Positions 44,003 through 53,670 of a stretch of 64,000 nucleotides of DNA are shown piece by piece. The notes under the pieces are model-generated. The model made no database searches. It was given only the letters and a program-made list of their open reading frames with translations, and was not told where the DNA came from. The DNA comes from an uncultured Acidobacteriota bacterium (lineage in GTDB: Bacteria; Acidobacteriota; Vicinamibacteria; Vicinamibacterales; UBA2999): assembly GCA_963846425.1 (NCBI GenBank), contig CAWJVW010000005.1, forward strand, positions 2,647,350 to 2,711,349, read 5' to 3'. Every line of letters begins with the position of its first letter. Position 1 is the first letter of the stretch. A program made the position numbers and the translations under genes.

Positions 44003-44848
44003 ATGAATGTGAGCGACACACATAAAGCACGGGTAACGAACTTTTACGACACACATCCCATCAACGAACACGAGATCCTCGCCAAAGTTGCTGCGAAAGG
44101 CGCGAATCTCGAGGCATTGACCCAGGACGATCTTCGGGACTTCGATCAAGACCACTACGGTGGGTTCGAGGCGACGGATACGCTGGCTGCGCTGGCAGAC
44201 ATCCGCAGAGAGCACGCCGTTCTCGACGTGTGCAGTGGACTCGGCGGTCCTGCGCGGTGGCTCGCCCATCGACTCGGCTGCAAGGTCACGGGGATCGACC
44301 TCACAGAAAGTCGGGTGGACTGTGCGCGTCGGTTGTCCGAGAGTGTGGGCCTGTCGCATCTGGTGGACTTCGTTCAGGGCGATGCGACAGCGATGCCGTT
44401 TCCGAATGCCCGATTCGATCGCGGGATAGGGCAGGAAGCCTGGATTCACATCGCCGACAAAACGACATTGCTCTCCGAAATCCGGCGTGTCCTGAAGCCC
44501 GGAGGAGTGCTCGGCTTTACGGACATTATTTCGTGCGCGCCGCTGACATCGGACGAAGCGATTCAGATGGCTGACGAAATGCAGTTCCCGACAATCGCCA
44601 CCGCCGGGCACTATCTCGCCACCCTGAAGGCCTCCGGGTTCGCCGTTGAACGCCAGGACGATTTGTCGCCGGGGTGGAAGGATATCCTGGTGGCCCGACT
44701 GCGGATGTACCGATCGCTTCGCGACACGACTGTTGCACGCTTCGGCGAAGCGCACTTCGCGAAGTGGGATCGGACCTACAGCGCGTTTGTCGACTTGTAC
44801 GTCGCGGGCAAGTTAGGCGGAATTCGCGTGGTCGCGCGAGCTATGTAG
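44003..44848 (+). CDS. class I SAM-dependent methyltransferase
   Basis: Start moved to ATG 44003. Motif I is VLDVCSGLGGPARWLA, with post-I GIDL and LKPGGVLGFTD. Confidence 0.8.
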   Translation: MNVSDTHKARVTNFYDTHPINEHEILAKVAAKGANLEALTQDDLRDFDQDHYGGFEATDTLAALADIRREHAVLDVCSGLGGPARWLAHRLGCKVTGIDLTESRVDCARRLSESVGLSHLVDFVQGDATAMPFPNARFDRGIGQEAWIHIADKTTLLSEIRRVLKPGGVLGFTDIISCAPLTSDEAIQMADEMQFPTIATAGHYLATLKASGFAVERQDDLSPGWKDILVARLRMYRSLRDTTVARFGEAHFAKWDRTYSAFVDLYVAGKLGGIRVVARAM

Positions 44849-44892
44849 TGCCGGCAAGCCGGGCGCGAGCCGGAGCGCAGTTGCGGTAGTCT

Positions 44893-47319
44893 GTGCGCAC
44901 AGTGAAAACGGACCTCCGAGAAGCCGTCCGGTTCCTCGCGTCGAACCGCGGGTTTGCCGCCATCATCGTGCTGACGTTGGGCCTGGCAATTGGTGTCAAT
45001 TCCACGATCTTCAGCGTCCTCAACGGCGTGCTGCTGCGGCCGCTGGCGTATGCCGAGCCCGATCAACTGATTGGCATCTGGGAAAGCAATCCCTCGCAGG
45101 GGCAGGATCGCTCGCAGGTCGCGGCGGCCACGTATCTCGATTGGCGGGAGCGATCGCGCACCTTTGCCAACATCGGATTGTCCCGATATCGCGGCTACAC
45201 CCTGACCGGCGCAACTGAGCCGGAGCGGTTGATCACGGTCGATGTGTCCCCCGTGCTCTTCCGGGTGCTGGGTGTGACGCCCCTGCTTGGCCGGACCTTT
45301 ACCGACGAGGAGGAGCGACCAGGCCCCGATTCGCGCAAGGTCATCCTGAGCCATGGCGCGTGGGTGCGCCGCTTCGGGCAGGATCCGAATGTCCTTGGCA
45401 GGACGCTGACGCTCGACGATGCGACACACACGATTGTGGGTGTGATGCCACGCGAGTTTCAGTATCCCGCCACCGATCCGGACGTCGAACTGTGGTCGCC
45501 GCTGACAATCAATCTCGAAGCGCTCGCATCGCGGCCGCACCGCATGTACCAGGCAATGGGCCGACTGACGCCCGGTACCACGATCGAACAGGCGCGCCAC
45601 GAGATGGCCGCCGTCAGCGGCGCCATCGCGCGCGAGAACCCCGACTCGAACAGCGGCTGGGCCGTTGCGCTGGTGCCGGCGCACGAGCAGGTTGTCGGCA
45701 AAATCGGCGACACGCTCTGGGTGTTGTTCGGCGCGGTCGTCCTGGTGCTCGGGATTGCCTGCGCCAACATCGCCAGCTTGATGCTCGCCCGTTCATCGAC
45801 CGCTGCCAAAGGCTTCGCGTTATGTGCTGCGTTTGGCGCCGGCCGATGGGCGCTCGTCCGACGGTCGCTGGTAGAAAGCGCGTTTCTCACCTCAGCCGGC
45901 GGAATAGTCGGGTTGCTGCTGGCGTGGTGGGGCACGAGTGCCCTGCGACCGCTGATCCCACCCAACGTCCCGCGAGCGTACAGCATTGGTCTCGATCTAC
46001 CGGTGCTCGCTTTCACGGCCACCATCACGATTGTTTCGGGCCTGCTTGTCGGCATCGTGCCCGCGTGGCGCGCCATGCGACCCAACCTGTTGGACGTCCT
46101 GCAGGAATCGAGTCGCGGATCGACGACTGGCCGCTCGACGCGACGACTGTCGAATGTGATGGTGGCTGCCGAAGTGGCGCTCGCGCTGATGCTTCTCGTG
46201 AGCGCAGGCCTGCTCGTCCGCAGCTTCGCACGTCTCAACGCTGTGGACCCGGGCTACCGGACGTCCGGGATCGTCGCGGCGCACGTGGTACTGCCCAACA
46301 GCCGCTACCCCGATCCACCCGCCAAGCGGCGCTTCTTTGATGCCCTTGTCACACGAGTGAAGACAGTACGTGGCGTCGAGCGGGCGTCGGCCGTGTCAGC
46401 GCTCCCGATGAGCGCGCTCGGCGTGCAATTCGAACTGCCGTTCACGATTGCGGGCCTCGAAACCACGTCACCCACCGAACGGCCGCGTGCACGTTATCGC
46501 GCCGTCGTCGGCGACTACTTTCAGACGATAGGGATCGAGTTGAAGAGAGGTCGTCTGTTCGATGATTTCGACGGCCGGGAGAACGGCCCAAGAGTCGCCA
46601 TCGTGAACGAATCAGTGGTACGCCGATATTTTGGCAGGGTGGATCCTATCGGCCAGCTCGTAAAGATCCCCATGGCCGGCGATCTCCACATCGTCGGCAT
46701 CGTGTCGGATATCAAGCACGACGGCTTGCAGGGCACTGCGCAAGCCGAAGTATTCGTGCCGTACTTTCAGTTTCCCCTGACTGAGATGCAGATCGTGATG
46801 GCGACCGATGGGGATCCGTCGGATGTGATTATCGGCGTCAAGCGCGAGATGTCCGCGCTTGATCCCGATCTGCCGATTGTCAGGGTCTCGAAGATCGAGG
46901 ATCTCGTCTCAGCCTCCATCGCGCAGCCACGTTTCAATATGACGCTGCTCGCGTCGCTCGCGCTCTGCGCGGCGCTGCTCGCCGCAGTGGGCGTCTATGG
47001 TGTCGTGACCTACTCCGTCGCCAGACGCACCGCCGAAATCGGCGTGCGCATGGCGCTGGGCGCCGATGCCGACCGCACGTTCCGGCTCGTCGTCGGCGGG
47101 GCGTTGAAGGTCGTGCTTCTCGGCGTTGTCCTGGGGCTTGCAGGCGCCGCCGTGGCTGGCCGATCCCTTCAGAGCCTCCTCTTTGGTGTGCCGCCGCTGG
47201 ATATCCTGACGTATGTCTCGAGCGGCCTGGCGATTATCGCAGTTGGCGCGATCGCGGCGAGTGTCCCAGCGCTGCGCGCGGCTCGCATCGATCCTGTTGG
47301 GGCGCTGAGAACGGAGTAG
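44893..47319 (+). CDS. ADOP-family duplicated FtsX/MacB-type ABC permease (intact, 808 aa)
   Basis: GTG start (alternative GTG 44902). Reads ...DLREAVRFLASNRGFAAIIVLTLGLAIGVNSTIFSVLNGVLLRPL, with two FtsX halves and C-terminal RIDPVGALRTE. Confidence 0.88.
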   Translation: MRTVKTDLREAVRFLASNRGFAAIIVLTLGLAIGVNSTIFSVLNGVLLRPLAYAEPDQLIGIWESNPSQGQDRSQVAAATYLDWRERSRTFANIGLSRYRGYTLTGATEPERLITVDVSPVLFRVLGVTPLLGRTFTDEEERPGPDSRKVILSHGAWVRRFGQDPNVLGRTLTLDDATHTIVGVMPREFQYPATDPDVELWSPLTINLEALASRPHRMYQAMGRLTPGTTIEQARHEMAAVSGAIARENPDSNSGWAVALVPAHEQVVGKIGDTLWVLFGAVVLVLGIACANIASLMLARSSTAAKGFALCAAFGAGRWALVRRSLVESAFLTSAGGIVGLLLAWWGTSALRPLIPPNVPRAYSIGLDLPVLAFTATITIVSGLLVGIVPAWRAMRPNLLDVLQESSRGSTTGRSTRRLSNVMVAAEVALALMLLVSAGLLVRSFARLNAVDPGYRTSGIVAAHVVLPNSRYPDPPAKRRFFDALVTRVKTVRGVERASAVSALPMSALGVQFELPFTIAGLETTSPTERPRARYRAVVGDYFQTIGIELKRGRLFDDFDGRENGPRVAIVNESVVRRYFGRVDPIGQLVKIPMAGDLHIVGIVSDIKHDGLQGTAQAEVFVPYFQFPLTEMQIVMATDGDPSDVIIGVKREMSALDPDLPIVRVSKIEDLVSASIAQPRFNMTLLASLALCAALLAAVGVYGVVTYSVARRTAEIGVRMALGADADRTFRLVVGGALKVVLLGVVLGLAGAAVAGRSLQSLLFGVPPLDILTYVSSGLAIIAVGAIAASVPALRAARIDPVGALRTE

Positions 47320-47323
47320 ATCC

Positions 47324-48397
47324 ATGAGACGCGTGGCACTCGGCCTCCTGCTTCTGTTCACGACGACTGGAGCGGTTAAGCAAGCCGTCCTTCCTGCCGG
47401 GACGCTCGTCGAAAGCAAAGTCGCGTCCGTTGCGCTCAAGAGCAATCTCCTCGGGGATCCTGCGGAATCGCGGGTGGCGGTCTATCTGCCCCCAAGCTAC
47501 GCCAACTCCCCTCAGCAGCGATATCCCACCATGTATCTGCTCCACGGATATCTGACCGACATCGAGATCTTCACGCGCGGATTTCAGAGCAAGGCCCTCT
47601 CCGTAACCATGGACAACCTGATTGCGCGCGGCGTGACGCGCGAGATGATTGTCGTGGTTCCGAGCGGTCGCAATGGCTACTTTGGCGGCTTCTACACGAA
47701 TTCGCCTGTCGGCGGCGGTTGGGAGGATTACATCGCGCGCGAGCTCGTCTCGTGGGTGGATGCGAAGTACCGCACGATTCCAAACGCTCGAAGCCGAGGC
47801 ATTGTCGGACACTCGATGGGCGGCTACGGCGCCCTAATGCTGGCGATGAAATATCCGGACGTCTTTGGCGCCGTGTATGCGATGAGCCCATGCTGCCTCA
47901 GCTTCGACGCCGATGTCGGGCGCGACAATCCTGCGTGGCACAGGTCGCTGAAATTCAAGACGCGTGAGGAGTTGAATGCCATCCCTCGCTCGCTGGCGGA
48001 CTTTTACTCCACAGTCTTCGTAGCCCTGGCCGCCGCATTCTCACCAAACCCTGCAAAGGGCCCGCTGTTTGTCGACTTGCCGTTCCAGGAGCAGGAGGGC
48101 GCGCTGGTGATCAATGAAGAGGCGTACGAAAAGTGGCGGACGAAGATGCCGCTCTATCTCGTGGAGGATTACCGCCGGAACCTCGAGAAACTACGAGGCA
48201 TTTATCTGGAGTACGGCGCCCTCGAGGAGTTTCCGCACATTCGCATCGGAACACGTGCCTTCTCGGACGAGCTGACTGCCCGTGGCATTGCTCACACCTT
48301 TGAGGTCTACGCGGGCGGGGACCATGTCAATAAGGTGCACCAGCGTATCGAAACACGCGTCGTGCGCTTCTTTTCGGAGACTCTCGAGTTGCAGTAG
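47324..48397 (+). CDS. secreted esterase-family alpha/beta hydrolase (putative esterase/CE1-like)
   Basis: Has a signal peptide. PTMYLLHGY and nucleophile elbow GHSMGGYGA. Confidence 0.75.
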   Translation: MRRVALGLLLLFTTTGAVKQAVLPAGTLVESKVASVALKSNLLGDPAESRVAVYLPPSYANSPQQRYPTMYLLHGYLTDIEIFTRGFQSKALSVTMDNLIARGVTREMIVVVPSGRNGYFGGFYTNSPVGGGWEDYIARELVSWVDAKYRTIPNARSRGIVGHSMGGYGALMLAMKYPDVFGAVYAMSPCCLSFDADVGRDNPAWHRSLKFKTREELNAIPRSLADFYSTVFVALAAAFSPNPAKGPLFVDLPFQEQEGALVINEEAYEKWRTKMPLYLVEDYRRNLEKLRGIYLEYGALEEFPHIRIGTRAFSDELTARGIAHTFEVYAGGDHVNKVHQRIETRVVRFFSETLELQ

Positions 48398-48448
48398 ACA
48401 TGCCCTCACGACCCACGGCCGGTGACGGTGAGTACAGCAGGAGGCACC

Positions 48449-49598
48449 ATGGGTGAGCGTCAGCATCGGTCAAGGCATCGGCGGTCCGCCGTAGCTTTCG
48501 CGATGGCGGCCATTTTTCTCGCGTCCTCTTCATCCGCCCAGCGGCGCGCAGCCGACGGCGTCACGCTCAACGACGAAGGGCTGCCACAGTACTCCACGTT
48601 CTCACTGTGTGCGATCGATCCTGCGACTGGGCAATCGGGCGCTGGGGTCACGACGCGCGTCCCGTTCGTGGGTCGCGCGGTCCCGCATGTCCGCGCCGGT
48701 GTTGGCGCCGTTTGCACGCAGGCATCAACAGTAGTCGAGTACGGGCCGCGCGGGCTTGATTTGCTGGCCGAAGGCGTCGAGCCGCAGGCGGTGCTGCAGC
48801 AGTTGCTGGCCGACGATGAGCAACGTGAATCGCGGCAGGTTGGCGTGATCGACATGAAGGGCCGCGCTGCGGCTCATACGGGCAAGAACAACGGCAATTG
48901 GGCGGGGAGCCGGCAGGGTCTCAACTACAGCGTCCAGGCGAACATCATGGTGGGTCCCGAAGTCGTCGAAGCAATCGCAACCAACTTTGAATCTACCGAA
49001 GGCACGGGCATGGCGCTTGCCGAGCGCATGATCCTTGCGATGGAAGCAGGGCAGGCCAAGGGTGGCGATTCACGATGGGGCAATCTGCAGTCGGCGGCCA
49101 TCAAAATCGCGGACCCCAATGATCCGGGACGCGGCGGCGATTACATTGCGCTCGCGATCGAAGTGGGCGAGCACGCCGAGCCCGTCGGTGAACTGAAACG
49201 CATCTACTACACGACAGGCCGTCGTCTCGGTTACCGTACGTTCTCGCACGTCGATGGTCCCGACGTCATCGAGTTGAAGCGCATGCTGCACGCACTCGGC
49301 TACTGGCGACCGACGTTGGCGGCCTTCCCGGAGCCGCCGCCCTCCACCACCACCTCCAAGATGCGTGAGCTGCAGAAGACTGACCGCAAACAGGACCGAG
49401 AAGCTGATCGCCGAATCGCGTCGCGTCTCGCAGGACTACACGCGCGCCTACGCGCAGTACGACGAAGAGGCCATTGCCGCGGTCGACAAATTTCGCGCGG
49501 ACCGCAAATTGAACTATCAGGGCAACCCGGCCGGGCTCGTCGATACCCGGCTGATTGATGTGTTGAAATCTGCCTATCTCGCAAAGAAGAAGCAATGA
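48449..49598 (+). pseudogene. DUF1028-family Ntn-hydrolase-like protein with C-terminal PG-binding-like repeats; frameshift near 49390
   Basis: Frame A carries STFSLCAIDPATGQSGAGVTT (DUF1028 N-terminal region) and decays into an Arg-rich tail ending at 49558. Frame B (49365..49598) reads ...TEKLIAESRRVSQDYTRAYAQYDEEAIAAVDKFRADRKLNYQGNPAGLVDTRLIDVLKSAY. Its TGA overlaps the next gene's ATG (ATGA at 49595-98). ATG 48449 is preceded by AGGAGG. Confidence 0.65.
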
Positions 49599-51688
49599 AC
49601 CAACGAACGCCAGCCGCAGCCATCCTCGTCGTTGTGACCCTCGCGTCAGCGGCCTACACTCAGTCGCCAGTCACGCTCGAAGCGCTGTTGTCTGCGCCCT
49701 TTCCATCGGAAATCGCCGCAGCGCCGGCCGGCGGCCACGTGGCGTGGGTGGAGAACGCGAAGGGCTCACGGAACGTATGGCTGGCGTCGCCACCGACTTA
49801 CACCGCCCGGCCGCTCACGCTCTACACGGGAGACGACGGCCAGGACATCACGACGCTGACCTGGGCGCCTGACGGGCGCACGCTCTTGTACGTTCGCGGC
49901 GGTGGACCAAATCGTCAGGGCGAGATTCCCAATCCAGCCCTGGCGGTCGACGGCGCTGAACAAGCGATTTGGGCGGTCGATGTGTCGGGTACGACGGTAC
50001 CGCGTAAGTTAGCCGCCGGCAGCAACCCTGCAGTCGCGCCGACGGGAGAAGTGGCGTTCCTGGTGCGTGGACAAGTGTGGACGACGAGTCTGGCGACCAC
50101 GCAACGGCCGGGGCCGCTCTTCACGACGCGCGGGCAAGCGCGCGAGCTGCGATGGTCGCCCGATGGCACGCGACTGGCCTTTGTCAGCGGCCGCAGCGAT
50201 CACAGCTTCATTGGCACCTACGATCGCACGGCGAAGTCGCTTCGATTCCTGGATCCGAGCATCGATTTGGACGGAAACCCGACCTGGTCACCTGACGGAA
50301 CGCGGATCATCTTTACGCGCACACCCACATCCGGCGAGAACTTCATGTTCGCCCCGAGGCGAGCGGCCTCGCCGTGGTCGATTCGTATTGCCCACGTCGG
50401 AACAGGGCGTGGCGCGCAGGTCTGGAAGGCACAAGAAGGTGCGGGCAGCGTGTTTCAGAGCGTGACCGCATCCGCCCAACTGCAGTGGGCCGCCGGCGAT
50501 CGCATCGTGTTTCCCTGGGAACGCGACGGGTGGATTCACTTGTATGCCGTCCCGGTGTCCGGCGGTGAGGAGTCACTTCTGACGCCCGGCCCCTTCGAAG
50601 TGGAACACGTCACGGTGACGCCGAATCGCACCCGGCTCGTATACAGCTCGAACCAGGATGATATCGACCGCCGGCATCTCTGGTCCGTGCCGGTCACGGG
50701 TGGGCCGGCAACGCCGCTCACGCGCGGGCAGGGCGCCGAGTGGATGCCTGCAAGCGTCGACGAGGCGACGACGGCGTTTCTCCGATCCGATGGCCGTCGG
50801 CCTGCACATGCCGCGATTCTGCAGAATGGCAACGCGCGCGCGCTCGCGCCGCAGTCGATGCCGGGTGAGTTTCCGATCGATGCCCTCGTTGAGCCACAAG
50901 GTGTTACGTTTCCTGCCGCCGATGGCATGCCTATCTTTGGACAGTTGTTCGTGCCTCGCGACAACGCCGGAGGGGCGAAGCGGCCAGCGGTGATCTTTTT
51001 CCATGGCGGCTCCAGGCGGCAGATGCTGCTAGCGTGGCATTACCTGTCCTACTATCACAACACCTACGCCCTGAATCAGTTCCTCGCGAGTCGTGGCTAT
51101 CTGGTGCTCTCGGTGAACTATCGCAGCGGCACGGGTTACGGTCTCAACTTTCGCGAGGCGCTCAACTACGGTGCCACGGGCGCGAGCGAGTTCAACGACG
51201 TGATCGGCGCGGGGCACTATCTGAAGCAGCGGGCCGATGTCGATCCGCAGAGAATTGGTGTCTACGGCGGATCGTACGGCGGATATCTGACGGCACATGC
51301 GCTGGCGCGTGCGTCGGATCTGTTTGCCGCCGGCGTCGACATCCATGGGGTTCACGACTGGAACGTCGGGATTCGCACGTTCATTCCGACCTACGATCCC
51401 ACTCCTGAAATCGAGCGCCGGAACTTCGACGCCTCACCGCTTGCGCACGTTGCCGGCTGGCGGTCCCCCGTGTTGCTGGTGCACGGCGATGACGACCGCA
51501 ACGTGTCGTTCGCGGAGACTGTCACGCTGGCGCAGGCGTTGCGGAAGCAAGGCGTGGTATTCGAGCAGTTGGTTCTGCCCGATGAGATCCACGGTTTCCT
51601 GCGGTATGACAGTTGGTTGCAGGTGTTTCGCGCGTCGGCGGACTTCTTGGACCGTCACCTGAAAGCGAAGAAGACCACGGATCAGTGA
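49595..51688 (+). CDS. S9-family serine peptidase (prolyl oligopeptidase/acylaminoacyl-peptidase type) with N-terminal beta-propeller
   Basis: Propeller WSPDG repeats are present. The catalytic triad contexts are GGSYGGYL (Ser), LLVHGDDDRNV (Asp) and DEIHGF (His). Confidence 0.88.
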   Translation: MNQRTPAAAILVVVTLASAAYTQSPVTLEALLSAPFPSEIAAAPAGGHVAWVENAKGSRNVWLASPPTYTARPLTLYTGDDGQDITTLTWAPDGRTLLYVRGGGPNRQGEIPNPALAVDGAEQAIWAVDVSGTTVPRKLAAGSNPAVAPTGEVAFLVRGQVWTTSLATTQRPGPLFTTRGQARELRWSPDGTRLAFVSGRSDHSFIGTYDRTAKSLRFLDPSIDLDGNPTWSPDGTRIIFTRTPTSGENFMFAPRRAASPWSIRIAHVGTGRGAQVWKAQEGAGSVFQSVTASAQLQWAAGDRIVFPWERDGWIHLYAVPVSGGEESLLTPGPFEVEHVTVTPNRTRLVYSSNQDDIDRRHLWSVPVTGGPATPLTRGQGAEWMPASVDEATTAFLRSDGRRPAHAAILQNGNARALAPQSMPGEFPIDALVEPQGVTFPAADGMPIFGQLFVPRDNAGGAKRPAVIFFHGGSRRQMLLAWHYLSYYHNTYALNQFLASRGYLVLSVNYRSGTGYGLNFREALNYGATGASEFNDVIGAGHYLKQRADVDPQRIGVYGGSYGGYLTAHALARASDLFAAGVDIHGVHDWNVGIRTFIPTYDPTPEIERRNFDASPLAHVAGWRSPVLLVHGDDDRNVSFAETVTLAQALRKQGVVFEQLVLPDEIHGFLRYDSWLQVFRASADFLDRHLKAKKTTDQ

Positions 51689-51987
51689 TCAGCGGTCAGA
51701 ACGATGCCGAGCTGCTGCAGTTTCCGCGCAAAGCCGTCACTTGTATTCAGCGTGTGAACGAAAGTGCCATCGCGACGGTGGTAACTGATCAGACCGCCTC
51801 CATCGAATTTCCCGATCACAACGGCATCTCTTGCCGTGGGCACGTGAAATGTCGAGAACATCGTGTCTGCTCCCGCGAGGTCCTGCGGCGAGAGCAGAGC
51901 CTGACCCTCGTGAGCCAGCACGAATCGACCGGGGCAGTTGGGGATGGGCCGCCACGTCCACGCAGTCGCCAGCTGTTGAAACGTCAT
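51682..51987 (-). CDS. hypothetical protein (101 aa)
   Basis: ATG 51987 (MTFQQLATAWTWRPIPNCPGRFVL...). The track's N-terminal extension MWTVDRRPWTVDRDQV is merely the translated heptamer array. I recognised no family. Confidence 0.4.
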   Translation of the reverse strand: MTFQQLATAWTWRPIPNCPGRFVLAHEGQALLSPQDLAGADTMFSTFHVPTARDAVVIGKFDGGGLISYHRRDGTFVHTLNTSDGFARKLQQLGIVLTADH

Positions 51988-51992
51988 GACCT

Positions 51993-52033
51993 GGTCACGG
52001 TCCACGGTCCACGGTCGACGGTCCACGGTCCAC
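51993..52033. repeat. heptamer array (GGTCCAC)n, 6 units
   Basis: Units are ggtcac ggtccac ggtccac ggtcgac ggtccac ggtccac. The array fills the gap between the ThuA stop (52037) and the start of the hypothetical gene (51987). Confidence 0.9.
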
Positions 52034-52036
52034 AAA

Positions 52037-52876
52037 TCACTGGCGAGTGGCCCACCGGATTGCGCCGATCAGGTGCTGTTGGAACCGTCGATCGTTCCAG
52101 ACTTCGTCTCGATGACCGAGCGCCGTGTAGAACACGCGGCCGCTGCCGTAGGTGTGTGACCAAGCAAATGGATAGTCGCCGGGCTGACCTGCGGCCGGAT
52201 GGCCGTCATCGGGGTGCCGATCGAGCGACAACAGGATGTTCACCCGCCCCCGTGGGTTGGTGCGAAACTCGTACAGCTCATCAAAGATCCTGAAAGGATT
52301 TGGGAGTGGTGCGCCGGCCGGGTGAGTGGGATCCTCCACACGAAGGTCTGCGGTCGCTTCATTGCCGTGCGTCTCGAACTCTGCGCCGAGCATGGCGAGG
52401 TAGTCGGGCGAATCGTGGTACGTGTCCGACGCGCTGTGCGCGCCGAGAAACGCGTGACCATCGCGAATCCAGGCGAGAAACCCCGGTAGATCGGCGATAC
52501 CCAGGTTGCCCGTCGTGTTGGCGAAGAATACGCCATCGGCGTTGGCGAGTCCCGTAGGCGTCAACAGTCGCGCGATATCCGACGCGTCACGGCAGAAGGT
52601 CACAGTGAAATTGCGACTCTCGTCGACAAGTCGCGCCAGCACCGTTTCCGCTGTCGCAATCGATGCGTGGCGGAACCCGGTTGTGTGTGTCACAACGATC
52701 AGACGTTTGGGTGCGCCCGACGGTGCGGGGGACGTGGGCGAACTCGCCTGACCGCATGACGTCACCCCGGCCGCGATTGCGGCACACAAGGCCAGCCGGG
52801 ATAGAAGCTGCGACGCCACGGCGGTCTTTAGTTTACGCCCGCTCGTGCGGTCGGGCTTCGAAGCAGATATGTGCAA
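52037..52876 (-). CDS. ThuA-domain protein (class I glutamine-amidotransferase-like fold), lipoprotein
   Basis: Lipobox AAGVTSC. Also VVTHTTGFRH, FANTTGN, FLGAHSASDTY and YTALGH. Confidence 0.7.
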   Translation of the reverse strand: MHISASKPDRTSGRKLKTAVASQLLSRLALCAAIAAGVTSCGQASSPTSPAPSGAPKRLIVVTHTTGFRHASIATAETVLARLVDESRNFTVTFCRDASDIARLLTPTGLANADGVFFANTTGNLGIADLPGFLAWIRDGHAFLGAHSASDTYHDSPDYLAMLGAEFETHGNEATADLRVEDPTHPAGAPLPNPFRIFDELYEFRTNPRGRVNILLSLDRHPDDGHPAAGQPGDYPFAWSHTYGSGRVFYTALGHRDEVWNDRRFQQHLIGAIRWATRQ

Positions 52877-52914
52877 ACGCGCGTTCGCAGCAGTAGCATT
52901 TCGCTCAGGCGATC

Positions 52915-53670
52915 ATGAGCACCTTCCTGCAGGAAGAGGAGAGCGATCTCTTCCAACTTCGCTTGCTTCTGGAAGAAGTCTGCTGCGATCTCTGCCGTTT
53001 TCACCACCTCGCCAAAGATGGCTGCCGTCCTGAGGACGTCGTCATCGATCGCGAGTTCCACCTGGGTGAGCCGGGTGCGTTTGCCGACATGCGCGTCGCA
53101 CCGCCGGGCGCCGCGCCGTACTTCGTCGAGGTGAAGTTTGGCTACTCCGCCGAAACCCTCCGGCGCCATTTGAGTCGGAAGTACGGCCCTCGGACCGCTG
53201 CCGCTCAATCGGGGTCGAAGGTGTAGCTGGAAACATGGGACGAGCGCGACATTCTCGTGCCGCGCAAGTACGAACGCGTGGCCGTCCTGCTCGCCGATCT
53301 GTGTTCGTTCTCGAGTTACGTGCGAGACACCGCGGACTCGGGGATCGTCCGCGATTGCCTGACCGCGTTCTACTCGAAGGCGAGATATCAGATCATCAAC
53401 AACGGAGGAATGCTGTATCAGTTTGCCGGCGACGAGGTCATCGGCTTCTTCGGGATTCCGGATGCTGATGACAGTGCTCTGACCAGAGCGCTCGCGACTG
53501 CCGAAGCATTGCTGAGCATCGGCGAATCAGTGGCGAATCATTGGCAGCGTCGGATTGAGGAATCCAGGGACGTTTCAGTGAAGCAGAACCGGTCGAAGCC
53601 CGTAATGTCGGCCGCATCAAATCGTGGAAGTTCGTGCGGACGGAGTTGTGCAAAACTCCTGGGAGATTCC
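52915..53670 (+). pseudogene. degraded class III adenylate/guanylate cyclase with N-terminal PD-(D/E)xK-like region; in-frame TAG at 53224-53226
   Basis: ORFs 52915..53226 and 53257.. share one frame and are interrupted only by TAG. The cyclase motifs ERVAVLLADLCSFSS and YQFAGDEVIGFFGIPD are present. The second half of the cyclase domain is missing or scrambled before 53671. Confidence 0.6.

Noticed and set aside
49365-49598. ORF 49365..49598 as an independent small gene
   Set aside because: It would overlap the upstream ORF by ~190 nt and starts at a GTG with no RBS. Its sequence reads as the natural C-terminal continuation of the DUF1028 protein, so a frameshift is more parsimonious.
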